Below are positions 24,374 to 35,883 of a stretch of 64,000 bases of DNA, piece after piece; within the stretch, counting starts at the first letter, position 1; every line of letters begins with the position of its first letter. Source of the stretch: Felis catus (Eukaryota). Where the stretch lies: positions 105,030,001 through 105,094,000 of the forward strand of contig NC_058368.1 in the NCBI RefSeq assembly GCF_018350175.1. The letters run 5' to 3'. The position numbers and the translations under genes were made by a program. The notes under the pieces were generated by a model, which was not told the origin of the DNA, ran no database searches, and worked only from the letters and a program-made list of their open reading frames with translations.

Positions 24374-24870
24374 TCAAGTTACAATATCTTTGTGGACTTA
24401 TGGGTTAGACAATCTATTCCCTCAACCAACCCCTGACCCATTGCTATGCTGAGGGGAGCCACCTATGATACAATATTTTAACTCAAGAGCAAATTCAAGT
24501 GTCTCAGTGTGAGAGGTGGGGACAGGTAGCCAAGGACCAAGGGATCTCAGCGGTCCACTAGTTGGGTTAGTGGTCTTACCACACAGTGGCCTCTTCAAGG
24601 CCCATATTAACTTAAAAGCTCTTAAATCTACACAGGAAGCTGAGTGGGCCAGTCCCTGTCAAGAACACCAACATCAAGTGAGGGTGTTTTGTTTTATTTT
24701 GTTCATTTTGGTAGCCCTGAGGAGCTTTTTGTGTCTGCATGCAGGACGGTATCAGGTTTCTGTTCTCCTCCGAGGACAGAGAGGAAACAAAACCATTACA
24801 CAATGTTTACACCTTATGGTCTCTCTAGCAGTCTCAACTAATACTTCCACCTTATTAGAAATGTGGCTGC

Positions 24871-25357
24871 TAGCACTCTCAACAATAGCCAAATTATGGA
24901 AAGAGCCTAAATGTCCATCAACTGATGAATGGATAAAGAAATATATACACAATGGAATACTACGTGGCAATGAGAAAGAGTGAAATATGGCCTTTTGTAG
25001 CAATGTGGATGGAACTGGAGAGTGTGATGCTAAGTGAAATAAGCCATACAGAGAAAGACAGATACCCTATGTTTTCACTCTTATGTGGATCCTGAGAAAC
25101 TTAACAGAAACCCATGGGGGAGGGGAAGGAAAAAAAAAAGAGGTTAGAGTGGGAGAGAGCCAAAGCATAGGAGACTGTTAAAAACTGAGAACAAACTGAG
25201 GGTTGATGGGGGGTGGGAGGGAGGGAAGGGTGGGTGATGGGTATTGAGGAGGGCACCTTTTGGGATGAGCACTGGGTGTTGTATGGAAACCAATGTGACA
25301 ATAAATTTCATATATTGAAAAAATAAATAAGTAAATACAGTCTATCCTTAAAAAAAA
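24871..25357 (+). mobile_element. 5'-truncated young felid L1 with TSD
   Basis: ORF2 C-terminus (ALSTIAKLWKEPKCPSTDEWIKK) and 3'UTR; TSD aaatgtggctgcta at 24859-24872 and 25358-25371. Confidence 0.95.
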
Positions 25358-26479
25358 AAATGTGGCTGCTATTTTCGAATTCTGATTCTACGTGCATCCA
25401 AGAGAGGGCGTGGCCAAGTTCAAGGTGGTTGCAAGGATTTGAGAGGGGTGTGCAGTTAGGAAAAAAAAAAACGAAACAATAAAAGAGAACAAGGAAGACA
25501 AAAGCAATCTGATTAATAAGAAGGTTATTTTTGAGACACGGCAGGTAGGTCAAAAATATGAAAAGGGAGTACCTAAACGACTTTCCTCTAAGGATCTCAA
25601 ACCTGAGAAAGGGTTGGTTGCCTTATCATGGAGGAGATCCAGCTCCCTGCCCTCCACCTGCCTCCCAGTCTCCCCCACACCATGCTCTCTCCTGACTTCT
25701 GCTGGCATAAGACATTTCTGCAGACCAGAGGGTCAGCGCTCAAACTCCAGATCTGATGCAGTCTCTTGTAGTGTCCACATCCCCTTTCTCTGCCCACTAA
25801 GAAATGAATGTTTTTCCAGAGTACCCTATCAGAGTTTGAGTTATTCTGAGACACAGTGTCTATTTATCTGAGGTGCTACAAAAGAGAGGTAGGCAAAAAT
25901 ACTTTAAATGCAATCTTTGTGTTCTTGAGCAAATCATTTCATCTCCACAAACCTTGTCTATGTAGCTATAAAATTGGAATAATGATATTAACCATCTTGG
26001 GAGGGTATGGCCCCTGTGAGGTACTGGTTGTGACACTTGACCCATTAGGGACGGTGTCCGGGTATGGGAGCAGATCTAGAAATGTCAGGCTGTGACTTTG
26101 CCCTCTACGCAAGAGCCAAAGATTCTTGGAACTGCGCTGGAAGGGCAGCATGCTAGATGGACTGTGTTATTGTGCCAAGCTAGAGAGGAGACGAGACATA
26201 ATCTGAAAGAGAACCCAGGAGATGAGAGGCTAGAGAAACCAAATGAACCCAGGCATGAAAATCCAATCTGAGATTGGGAGCAAAGGGAAGACAAGGAGGT
26301 TGAAGCAGAAGATCCAGCCAAGGTCAAGGCAAACTGGAGTAATGACCGGATGGGAGCTAATGTTGGTTCAGGATGAAGCTCAAAGATGCTGAGATGACAG
26401 GGGATGCTAGACAAAGGTTATCATGGGTGCACCATCTATGGGAAGTCATTATGTAAAGAGTAAAACGCTAGTTAAACAT

Positions 26480-26847
26480 AGTGGTAGACTATGACATTGT
26501 TTGACAGTGTCCCATGTTCCTTCCTAGGGAAGAGTTATACTTCTTAGCCTATGAAATTCAGACATGGCCACGAGATTTACTTTGCCCATGTAATTTAAGC
26601 CATCTTGTAGAGCCTTAAGAGCCAACACATGATTTGCTATGCTCTCTTTTCCCATGACCTCCATGGCTGGCAGAGGCTGTCTCCTCTCTGTCTGGGTCTT
26701 GGAATGAGGAAAATGATCACACTGGAACAGAATCCTGAGGTAACCCTTAATGGACATGTAGTAAAAAATAAATTTTGCTATTTTCTGCCACTGAAAATGC
26801 ATTCGTTTTTTAATTGCAGCATTATCTAGCCCATCTTGACAGATACA
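26480..26847 (+). mobile_element. MLT1-type (ERVL-MaLR) solo LTR relic
   Basis: MLT1I/J-like segments (taagagccaacacatgattt..., aaataaattttgct..., ttatctagcccatcttgacagataca end). Confidence 0.7.
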
Positions 26848-27140
26848 AATGCAGATTACTGGTTGCAAGCTAGTGATTAATGGTTATGCTTGGTTAGACT
26901 TATTTTAATATGGCTGGCAAAGTATGGCAATGATGCTGCAAGAGAAAACAAGTAAGAAAAAAATACAACTATAATGTTTATTTAGGACAATGTGTAATAG
27001 AGAATGTAGTCTGTGGGTAAAGTTGTTACTTCTGCTAATATCATAGTCAGTCAAAATAAATTAATAAATAAATTAAGAGAAGGCTCAGCCTCCTTTATTC
27101 TCAAGTATCTTCTGGTTTAATCAGAAAGTGAGAACAAATT

Positions 27141-27157
27141 CACACACACACGTGCAT

Positions 27158-27187
<30 letters not shown>
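27141..27187. repeat. Interrupted (CA)n microsatellite
   Basis: Seen directly. Confidence 0.95.
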
Positions 27188-27189
<2 letters not shown>

Positions 27190-29788
27190 ACACACCCTAC
27201 GTTCACTTGATAAAACAAGTAAACGGGTACAATTCTTGCCATTGCAAGAGTTTAAAGTCTAGGGAGACTGAAGGTATAAGATTGCTGAATTTTATTATTG
27301 CAATTGTATTGTTATTCTAATTATTATGTTACTGTTGCTTTTGTGGTGTTAGACATTAAGAAGCTATCAAAAGAGTGGTTGTGGATTGGAGTTGCAAAAA
27401 TAAGTTACATTGTTTGTCTTTGTCATATTTAGTCTCCTAAGCCAGGTAGCTTTTGAATGGACAATACATGATGGGAGAAGGGCAATTTGTTATTTTAGAT
27501 AAACAGATGCTTGAGGAAAAGTTGTGGTTCTGGAGCGATGGGACTACAGAATGAGAAAGGTTTTGGGGGGAAAAAAAGATGTAAGGAACTGTAATCAGGT
27601 AGATAGACAAGGCTTGGACTCCATCCTCAGATGGAAATCAAGACAGAGCTCCAGAGCCAGCAAGAGCTCATCTGAAATCATAGAGGCTAATTTTCGAAGG
27701 CAGGACCAGAGAAGGGGTGACTGTTCCTGATGAATGGCCCATTCTGCCATCCTGACTTGGCCTAGAAATGTGGGCATGTGCCGGGAGTGATAGAGATTTT
27801 TCTTCATCCTTTTCTCATCTGCAAACACAGCTTTTCTGGGCTTATACATTAGTAATCCATAGTCCACTGAATATCGTGTTGGCATTTAACCCAAGCCCCT
27901 AACCATATTCATGATATGCAATACCAATTGCATGGCTATTGGCAATGCTAAATGTTCATTTTTCTCAATTGACTCCATATCCATTTTTGAATTAAGAAAA
28001 ATGTTGAGCACAAGAGCAAGGACCCTTCCTAATAGTGATGCTGAAGGGCATTCTCATGAGGATGAAAGCAAAAGAAAGTGAGACTTAGTGACAGTCTGTT
28101 CTGCCTCAGGGCACTTTAAAGGTGCTGTTCTCCAGCATTTCAAGTGAAGAGTTGCCTTTTTCACAAGCTCTTTGAGAATGTTTCCTGAATTAATATTCAA
28201 TCTCTATTAATTACCCATGCAACATTTTCAGCTTGGCATTAGTAATATGCACTGAACTTATTGATGGCTATGTGGTTGCATTTGTTATATATATATATAT
28301 ATATATATATTTCCTAAAAAGTCAAGTTTATAAAAAAACAAGGTTTTTAAAATTTTTAAATATGGTGTCTAGTGCTTCAGCCAAGAAACCATTCTGAAAA
28401 GATTTTATTTTTCAAAATTTGAAAACAAGTACATCTAGCCTTTTTTTAGATTGGCCATGGGAAAATTCACTGAATACATAATAAAAGTGGTATTTTGCTA
28501 CCACTAATGATGTATAATCTACTTGACAACTTTCTTCACACGTTTCTGAAATTTAATGGGGTATAAATATATACACATAAATTAATGAACAAATAATTGA
28601 ACACAAGTTAGCTAGCTAGCTAGCTAAATAGCAGGTATAAAAATTAGATGATGTCTGAATGATACGGGGAAATCAGGGCCATAGTTTAGCTTTTATTGCA
28701 TTGCATGTGATTACAAGAAATCACGTTTTAAGGGCACCCAAGATGTTTGAAGAGTGCCTAGAAGGACTAGTTTTACTTATAAGCAGAAAGGACTGTAATC
28801 CTGGGTGGGGGAGATTCAGGGGTTCAAAGAAGCCCCCATCCCCAAAGAATTATCCATTCATTTGTTGCTGGACCCTAAAATGCCATTATAAAGAGACTCC
28901 TTGCCTGGGTTTCAAGCAAGCATTTTATTTCTTTTTTAATGGTTTGCCCATATTACTCTTACAGTTTTTGCAAAGTGAAATGCCACATAGTTAAACAATA
29001 TGCACATGGTTAAACAATCAAATTGCTTAGAAAGGCTTATAGTGAAAAGTAGCCCTCCCGGGGGCTACCCTCCCCTCTCAGGTCTCATCTCAGACAGAAC
29101 AAAATTTTAACAGTTGCTCTTTTCAGGTTTTCTGGTTATTTTCTTATTAACAAATTGACCTCACGCTTTCCTATTTTATCAATGCTGACATTCTCTTTTC
29201 CTACCCTGCTGTCCTAAGTGACAATTTGGCTCAATCTTCACCACTGCCTCTCCTGATAATTACATCAGGGTTCCCGGGCCCACTGGATAGTGTACAACCA
29301 CAAAAGACAGGGGCGTCACTCGCTTGTCCCCAGACCTTGCACTTCTTCCTGTTTGTAGCCCCGTTTCTCCTTCCTGAGCTTAGACCCCACTGCTGGAAAG
29401 GTGCCCCCCTCCCCCATGTCAGTTCCAGCTGAAGCCCCCTCTGCATGTTTTCTGAGCTCGCTTCACCAGTCAGCCCTCCTTGGTTCATTTCCTGTCCCCG
29501 AAATAGAAAGAGACCAAACTCCTTTCTGCCTCTAGTTCCACTCTGCTGTCTTCATCACTACCGGCCTTTATTGTGGTCACTGTTCACTACCACTTTATTG
29601 CACATAAGATGGGGAGGAAGAAAGAGAAGATGCACGTATTTTGAAAGGAAATTTCAGGCAGAAGTTCTATAAGCAGGCTACAGTACATACATATTTCTAG
29701 TGATGGGTCCATGGGTTTAATCAAAGAATCTGGGATACCCCCAGAGTTAAGCTTAAGCTCTTCCCTCAAGAAGTTAAAATGCTTAATC

Positions 29789-29904
29789 TTGTGGTGAACA
29801 CAGCAAAACGTATAGATGGAACTGTGGAATCACTATGTTATACACCTGAAACTAATGTTACATTGCATGCCAACTGTATTTCAATTACAAAATAATAGTA
29901 AAAT
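29789..29904 (+). mobile_element. Very short carnivore L1 3' end
   Basis: atcactatgttatacacctgaaactaatgttacattg...; TSD taaaatgc(t/c)taat. Confidence 0.85.
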
Positions 29905-30273
29905 AAAATGCCTAATTTGGCCAGTCAAGGAGGGAAAAAAACCAATTAACTTTATCATTTTCCGAGGGTAGACTTCATATTCCCCATCTCATTAGTCATA
30001 TAGGTTTCTTATTCAAACTACAGATTCTTGGCCTTAATGAATTAAAAAAAAATGTGGGTCTATAAAAAGTAAAAAAAAGGCAAACGTGGGCCTGGGCTCC
30101 TCAAACCTGCATGCTTAACAAGCTCATGAGATAATCTAATATCACATATAATAGAAATACAGATGACAGATAATATTCACACACTTAATATATATAAATA
30201 TAAAATAGATATTATTTACAGGCAAAATTATAGACGGTAGGCTGCTTATCAAAGTTTGAAACATAGGATTGGA

Positions 30274-30504
30274 GGGGCGCCTGGGTGGCGCAGTTGGTTA
30301 AGCGTCCGACTTCAGCCAGGTCACGATCTCACGGTCTGTGAGTTCGAGCCCCGCGTCAGGCTCTGGGCTGATGGCTCAGAGCCTGGAGCCTATTTCCAAT
30401 TCTGCGTCTCCCTCTCTCTCTGCCCCTCCCCCGTTCATGCTCTGTCTCTCTCTGTCCCAAAAATAAATAAAAAACGTTGAAAAAAAAAATTAAAAAAAAA
30501 CAAA
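30274..30504 (+). mobile_element. Young SINEC_Fc-type element
   Basis: Diagnostic ggtggcgcag...cagccaggtcacg head; perfect 16-bp TSD gaaacataggattgga. Confidence 0.96.
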
Positions 30505-31365
30505 GAAACATAGGATTGGAAAAGAAAGATGTATTCTTAATGCCTGCCTTTTAAAATAATGTGCTACATGACCAGAACTTTTGATTGATCTCAGTGAAAT
30601 ATTGAAATACTTGTAAAGTTAAGTGATTTTCAAGCAGCAATTGGTGACATCACCCACTGAGGCAGCTGAAATTTGCATCCAGCGACTGTGTATCATAACT
30701 TCTGTTTAGGGCCATTTCTTTAGCCTCCTTTCCATCGTTTCCACAAGCTGAAATATCAGAAATTGGGATTCGTTTTTCATAAGTTTTTTTAACCCGCGTT
30801 TTTAAATGGCCTCGTATGATTATTTTTCTCCTCTGGGGATTTTCAAATTGATTTTCAGTGGCAAGATTTTTAGTTCCAGAATTTGGTCAGGTATAAAAGT
30901 CAGGCTAACAGGTAAGTAATTCTCAGGCCTATTCTATTTTATTTTCTAAATCATCTCAATGTTGTAATTTGCGCAGTCCTCCAACTTTCCACGCAGTAGA
31001 GGTCCCTTCTAATGTACAGCTGTTGAACAGAAAGAATAATGCCAAAATAAGAGCATAAAAATTTAGAGGGGTGGTTTGTATAAAACTCTAATTGGCACTT
31101 TATATGACATTTTAAAGGCATTAAGCATTTCAGAGTCATTAAGAAAACTGTTATTATGGTACAAGTCATTTAAAAAGAATAAATTTATCCACCAGGCTGT
31201 TAACTCCTCAGTATGAATTTCTTTCGAAGAGTGAATAATCCATACTGACGTTCTCATACTTTCATGCTGTAATTAGAATTAATATCTGAAAGTTTGCAAA
31301 TATTGTCTCTAAATAGAACAGGGTTGGACATCAGTGTTTTCAAGATGCATTTCCTTCGTTGATAC

Positions 31366-31581
31366 TTTTTTTTTTTTAATGTTTATTTATTTTTGAGAGA
31401 GAGAGAGACAGAGTGTGAGCGGGGGAGGGGCAGAGAGAGAGGGAGACACAGAATCTGAGGCAGGCTGCAGGCTCCGAGCTATCAGCACAGAGTCCAACAT
31501 GGGGGTCGAACCCGCGAACTGTGAGATCATGACCTGAGCTGAAGTCGGATGCTTGATGGACTGACCACCCAGGCACGCCCC
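31366..31581 (-). mobile_element. Can-SINE
   Basis: Complete antisense body. Confidence 0.93.
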
Positions 31582-33192
31582 CCTTTTTTTTTACTTGTAA
31601 AGAGAAAAATGAGTGAACTTGTTCATTTTACAGGGCAGTCTGAAGTCTTCACATGTATTACATTCTGTCGGTGTTTTGTTTCTTGCAAATACATTTCCAC
31701 TGAGTTGCAGCATTGATTGTTCCTCGTTTCATTTCAAATACTACTCTGTTCCAGATTCATCAGCTGCTAATTGAGCATTCAACATATCACAGTTGTGATG
31801 GGTAGAGATGCATACAAGAAAAGATCAAACCAGGAGGCTGCCAATTTGTGGCTGGACTTTCACCTGCTTGCTTTTAATAATGCTTGAATATAGATCCTAA
31901 TTTATAGGCTTGGTGTGAATATTATTAAACCTTCCCTCCCGTCCCTTGTGCTTTGAATGTTCACCGACCCATGAAGATAGCTGAGTGGATAAATAAACTT
32001 ATACTTAGACCTGGCAAATCAGAGGGCTATTAGAAATAGAGCTTATCTTAATTTAAAAAAACCCAACTTTATATGACATGATATATTGATTTACTTTTTT
32101 TAAACTAAGAAGAGATAAATATAAAAATAAGAAATAAAATGACTTTCACTTTTTTCTTTTTATGAGTTCAAAGTGGTGGAGCCATTAACACGCATCCTAG
32201 CCTGCCTGCTTTTCCACCCTTAATTTCATATTGGTTGGTGGTTTCCTGAGTTAAACTTGGCTTTAGCCTCTAAGGGAAGATGAGAGATGAAGGAAGGAGA
32301 GGCGCCAAGGGGGCATCAGGGCAGAGGGGTAGACCAGGAGGGAAGAGGGCTGAAATGAGATATCAGCACTGCTGCTCTGCCTCACTCTGCGTGTCCTTTT
32401 ATTAGAACTTTTCTGAAGAGAGCGGACAGCTATGTTCAGTGTTGCCCCAGGGGGAGCGAAGACGATAAATGCAAGAACTTTTTTTGTTTGCTTGTCTGAG
32501 ACAATGAGAAGCCACAGACGACCTTGTGAAATCAAGTCCTGTAGAAGAGTGAGGACATAATTCAGCGGTCTGCTGGCTGAGGAGTGAAGAGGGTGTGCGG
32601 GAGCAGGAGGCAGTGAAGGTGGGCTGGTCTGTGTGGGAGTGTGGCCACCACTGCTGGATGTGGACCTCCTCCAGCTCCTCACCAGGGAGCCTCTGAGAGT
32701 TGTGCAGTGACAACCTTGAATAAACTCACGCACGGACTGACTTCCCCTATTTTTCCTTCTTTCAACACCCAACACAGAACACATCTGACGCTTCATGAAT
32801 GAACTGAGCAAATGCTTCTGGACTACATGAAAGGAAGATGTACACAAGGGAAGAAACAGATTATTACAAAGAACCTAGTGGTGAACATGAAAAGAGAGTC
32901 ATGTTTCTATGTGGAAGATCAGTTTGAAGATCAAACCAAGAATCCATTCCATTTTGAGAATCAGGCAGTCAGAAAGAAACGCAACAATGGTCATGTTAAT
33001 AACAACAGCTTTGTGTTGGCATAAAGCTGTGATGGCTCACGGAGCGTTTTTTCTTTGTTTTTTAATAGTCATTGTCTGTTACCTTATGAAAAAGTGTGAC
33101 ATGGAACATTGAGGGAAGAGTTGTAATCTAAAGAATATTCAAGGTGACACTTGAAATTACAATGTAGACAAAGTTCTTAAAATAGATATCTA

Positions 33193-33398
33193 GGGGTGTC
33201 TGGGTGGCTCAGCCGGTGAAGCATCTGACTCTTGGTTTTGGCTCAGGTCATGATCTCACAGTTCATGAGCTGGAACCCCATGTTGGGCTCGGCACTGACA
33301 GTGCACCGCGTGCTTGGAATTCTCTCTCTCCCTCTCCCTCTGTCCCTCCCCCACTCACGTGCACGCTTTCTGTCTCTCAAAAAATAAATATTTTTAAA
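33193..33398 (+). mobile_element. Can-SINE
   Basis: Degenerate TSD aaa(a/g)tagat(a/t)tcta. Confidence 0.92.
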
Positions 33399-34009
33399 AA
33401 GTAGATTTCTAATAATATTGACTCATGATGTTACGTGGTTAAAAAGAAAGACTGAATTAACACTGAGAAGTAACCCTGGGATCAGAATATATAAGAGAAG
33501 CACAGCTTGAAATCATTCTATTCAATACAAATCCATATTAGTCTGAGCTTTATACAGCTCTGTGTAGCCTTCTAGGTTCCCTGTCTAAAGCTGGAAAGCA
33601 GAAATTTGAAGAAGAATTCCGAGAAGAGGTAAAAAGAGTATTAAAGAATCAAGAAACAGGACCTACTATGAAACGTTCAAAGAACTCGACTTTTCATGAA
33701 TCCTTATTGACTGTTTCAGAAGTCACGACGAGTCACAAAGTGTAGCTGCATGGGGGGAGGGCTCAGTCTTATAATTTCAATTACAATGATCTTATAAGAG
33801 AAACAGCCAACCTTCGCTGTGGGACCTTCCCCAAAGGTTCTTTGGTGGACCAAGCTCAGCTTCCTTGGGGGAAGAGCGCTCTCACAGAATTGTATGGTGG
33901 ATAATGACTGACTTTCTGCCGCTAGGATATCATGAAAAGGAAATATGCCATCCCATTTAGACTAAGTCAGCAACGGAGACGTTAGTTTAAACAGAGGTTG
34001 TGAGAGCAG

Positions 34010-34145
34010 GGTATGGAATCTAATTCTCTGGAGAGTGTTAAAAATAGGCCAGGCACTCATCTCTCTGGGATGGTTTCAGCCTGCGGGGGAGCTGAAGGGC
34101 AGCCCCGGCCTCTCATGTTCTCTACCACCTCTATGAGTCTGTAGA
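34010..34145 (+). mobile_element. CR1/L3-like 3' end relic
   Basis: tctctggagagtgttaaaaatagg...catctctctgggatggttt...ctatgagtctgt resembles the CR1 3' terminus. Confidence 0.5.
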
Positions 34146-34398
34146 GGAAAACAATATCTGAGGAGGCCTCATGGGCAGGGTGAGCTCACAGTAACTCAGG
34201 CTCATTTCTAACTAGAGCGCTTTCTCAGCCCATGGAATGATAAGTAAGGGTGGGGTCAGAATGTTCCCTGAGCCACACTCTGTGGGCATTACCGAGACAG
34301 GTCCCTCCATCTACCAGCGCCGACGGCTGAAAAGCACAGAGGATACCAGTTAGTATTGAATGATAGTGCTTTGTCAGATTTCATTTGTCCCATTGCTC

Positions 34399-34432
<34 letters not shown>

Positions 34433-34443
34433 TGTGTGTGTGT
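34399..34443. repeat. (TG)n microsatellite
   Basis: Seen directly. Confidence 0.96.
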
Positions 34444-35299
34444 AAAACAGTCAGAAAAACTAAATAGAAGGAGATTCAGTTAAAAATCTTGAAAACATGT
34501 GTAGAGAACCCTCATATTCTGGTGGGCTTAGCTTCTGATGGCAAGCGTTTGATTCTGACATTAGATCATAACATTTGGCAATGACATTTTCCTGGGTCTG
34601 AGGTCTATCCAGGATTGTTGTCTGTTGCTAGCAGATGGAAATTTTCTTCTTAGAAAATGAGCTCTGTTCCAGGCCCCTACAGCTACCGGGTAATGGCCGG
34701 CTTCTTGCAAGAGCCAAAGAGACAGCAAAGCTGACAGGCACAGTCAGAGTGAGCTTTAAATACCATGCACCCCATCATTTGGTGGGTGGGTGTTGTTGCT
34801 AACTGTGTTTCCACTTCAACAAAGAAAGTGGTGAGTTGCCAAAAAACAAGGATGTTCCATCTTAGGGATTGTGTTGAATTCTTTCCAGAGAAGCAATTTT
34901 TTTTTTAAAGATGAATTTTATCCTAAAATATTTTCCAAATTTATTTAGGCACTCTATCCAAGGAAAATAATTTAAGTATTGTGCCATGTAACTAGAATCT
35001 GTAGAATTAGAATAACTTTCTCTCACCAAAGCTCTATTCATCAGCAGTCTCTGACAGCCTGTGTGGGGTGGGGTATGGGCCAAGGTCACAATTACGCAGG
35101 CCGACCAATGATACACGGGACCTGGAAAACTATAGCCTAGCAAATTTACAAACAGGTGGTAAAAATATGATTTTTTAAATTGTTCTTTCCTTTGTGCCTC
35201 CTATCATTACTACTTTTCTGAAAGGTCAGTTTTGTTTTCTTTAGGAAAAACAGCCTTTCCTTCATTTCCCAAATACTATGTTGATGCCCTTCCTTAGAA

Positions 35300-35560
35300 G
35301 TCTTCCTCTTAATTAAGTTGGCCCGAAGGTCATAAACCGTAATCAATATGGAGGCTGGTCGCTGCAAGGTGCTAATTGACATCCCCAAAGAGGAACCGTG
35401 TCAACAATCGATACAGAAGAACAGAGTACTGCTAGATTTATGGCTTTGATTTTGAAAAGGTATGGGAATGCCCTGTGATGTTCCCCCCCCCCCCCCCGTA
35501 CTCCTTTTGAATGTTAATGCTTTCTTGAAGATGATTTCAGACACACTGCTAGGATACTGC
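35300..35560 (+). promoter_or_regulatory. Candidate CTXN3 upstream promoter (non-CpG-island)
   Basis: Motif cluster: AAGGTCA (35326), CATAAA, ATCAATA (35342), AATCGAT (35406), AGATTTATGGC (35434) and a C15 run (35483-35497), just upstream of the candidate first exon. Confidence 0.35.
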
Positions 35561-35883
35561 CTCTACTCACTGAAGCAGAATCCTCTGAAGAGTTGCTGAG
35601 GCAGAACTGAAATCATGGCTCGCCACAAAGAAGCAGCCGTATTGGCCGCTAATGATGCCTCACACAGAAAGGCGATGCTCCTTTAACTCGGGGGTTTTAA
35701 TGGGAAGTTTCTAAGCCTGAAACAACAGCTTTAGATCTGGGGTGTGCCATCAGCTGCTAGCAGCTACCACTGTCTACTGCTTCAACACAGCTTGATCGGG
35801 AAGAATGGGAACTAAAGAGGCTTGTAACTACCTGTAACTGTTCCACCAGGAAATGGATCAAGTGTTTGTTCAGCCAGACCCAG
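35560..35883 (+). other. CTXN3: Candidate CTXN3 non-coding first exon
   Basis: Repeat-free unique sequence ending in donor CAG|GTACTT (35883/35884), about 8 kb upstream of the coding exon. The start is a guess. Confidence 0.4.

Noticed and set aside
24516..24983. 155-aa ORF
   Set aside because: Chance fusion of unique DNA with the L1 ORF2 tail; non-ATG start.
32263..32847. Longest ORF in the track (194 aa, - strand)
   Set aside because: No recognisable domain, low-complexity S/P/L/R composition and no supporting gene structure; most likely a chance ORF.
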